Below, piece by piece: positions 63,321 through 64,000 of a stretch of 64,000 nt of DNA. Below the pieces are notes generated by a model. It was not told where the DNA came from and searched no databases. It worked only from the letters and a program-made list of their open reading frames with translations. Origin of the DNA: Bacillota bacterium (GTDB lineage Bacteria > Bacillota > Dethiobacteria > DTU022 > PWGO01); assembly GCA_012518215.1 (NCBI GenBank), contig JAAYSV010000041.1:30931-94930 (forward strand). The letters are read 5' to 3'. The translations under genes were made by a program, and so were the position numbers. The number at the start of each line of letters is the position of its first letter. Position 1 is the stretch's first letter.

Positions 63321-64000
63321 TCAGTATTGCTCCGGCGTTTCCATGAGCTCGATGGTCAGGTTCTTCTCTCCGCCGTTCCTCCGTATTTTTATGGTTAGTT
63401 CCTCGCCCGGTTCATAGTTCAGAAGCTGGTCAAACAGCTGGGCCGTGACATTTATCTGTCGGCCGTCAACAGCAACAATAACATCACCTGCCAGTACCCC
63501 CGCTTTCTCGGCAGCGCCTCCGCCACTCACTTCCTGAATGTAGACGCCGCGATCACCGCTGTTTCCCGTCGCCTCGGCAAGATCCTGGATATAGACACCG
63601 ATATAGGGCCTCCTGACCTTGCCATGTTTGATGATGTCTTCGACAACCCTGGCCACGGTATTGCTCGGTATGGCAAAACCCATTCCTTCAACCCCTGTAT
63701 CCTTGATCTTGGCCGAATTTATACCGATAATGTCCCCGGCGAGATTTATCAGCGCCCCACCGCTGTTGCCTTCATTGATGGCAGCATCTGTCTGGATATA
63801 GGTATACCGGTAGTGGCTCTGCGGAACGGGAACCTGCCTTCCCACAGCGCTGACAACCCCGGCAGTTACCGTCTGTTGAAATACCAGCCCCAGAGGATTG
63901 CCGATAGCAATCGCTGTCTCTCCGATGTGGACATTGTCGGAATCGGAGAGAACCGCATACTTGACCCCGTCCCTGCCCGGGTTGATTTTGACCACGGCAA
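63321..64000 (-). CDS. HtrA/DegP serine protease with PDZ domain (5' part outside the window)
   Basis: AIGNPLG, IQTDAAINEGNSGG, GFAIP, C-terminal PDZ. Confidence 0.93.
   Translation of the reverse strand, partial: AVVKINPGRDGVKYAVLSDSDNVHIGETAIAIGNPLGLVFQQTVTAGVVSAVGRQVPVPQSHYRYTYIQTDAAINEGNSGGALINLAGDIIGINSAKIKDTGVEGMGFAIPSNTVARVVEDIIKHGKVRRPYIGVYIQDLAEATGNSGDRGVYIQEVSGGGAAEKAGVLAGDVIVAVDGRQINVTAQLFDQLLNYEPGEELTIKIRRNGGEKNLTIELMETPEQY

Overview
Chromosomal window from a sporulating, probably anaerobic Bacillota (Clostridia/Dethiobacteria-like; inferred from gene content), mostly coded on the minus strand. 1-4.4 kb is an AT-rich decaying island at the 3' end of tRNA-Ala(CGC). It holds a frameshifted large serine recombinase, an IS21 remnant nested in a group IIC intron remnant, and one intact DUF262/GmrSD-type restriction gene. 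The core region follows: a glycerophosphodiester/glycerol-3-P cluster with pgi, an ABC-2 exporter, gltS, csoR-copA plus a probable C-terminal-Sec glutaredoxin, ywmB-murA-spoIID-spoIIQ-spoIIID, rpmE-prfA-prmC...sua5-ywlE-rpiB-glyA, a sigG-like gene directly upstream of spoIIR, rho, pyrG, pdaD-speE-speB, a class A PBP, a Flp/Tad pilus operon behind degS-degU, and a partial htrA. The strongest leads are: (1) a CTP synthase whose glutaminase site is degenerate (catalytic Cys to Ser plus neighbouring losses); (2) an unannotated structured RNA candidate at 29.85-30.1 kb with a G-U-rich closing stem, twin A-rich repeats, a terminator and a sigma-H-like promoter; (3) a divergent SigG with a sigma-F-like promoter coupled to spoIIR; (4) a UGA-recoded selenoprotein with a SECIS-like hairpin next to copA. 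No CRISPR array was seen. All calls come from motif recognition by eye; no searches were run.
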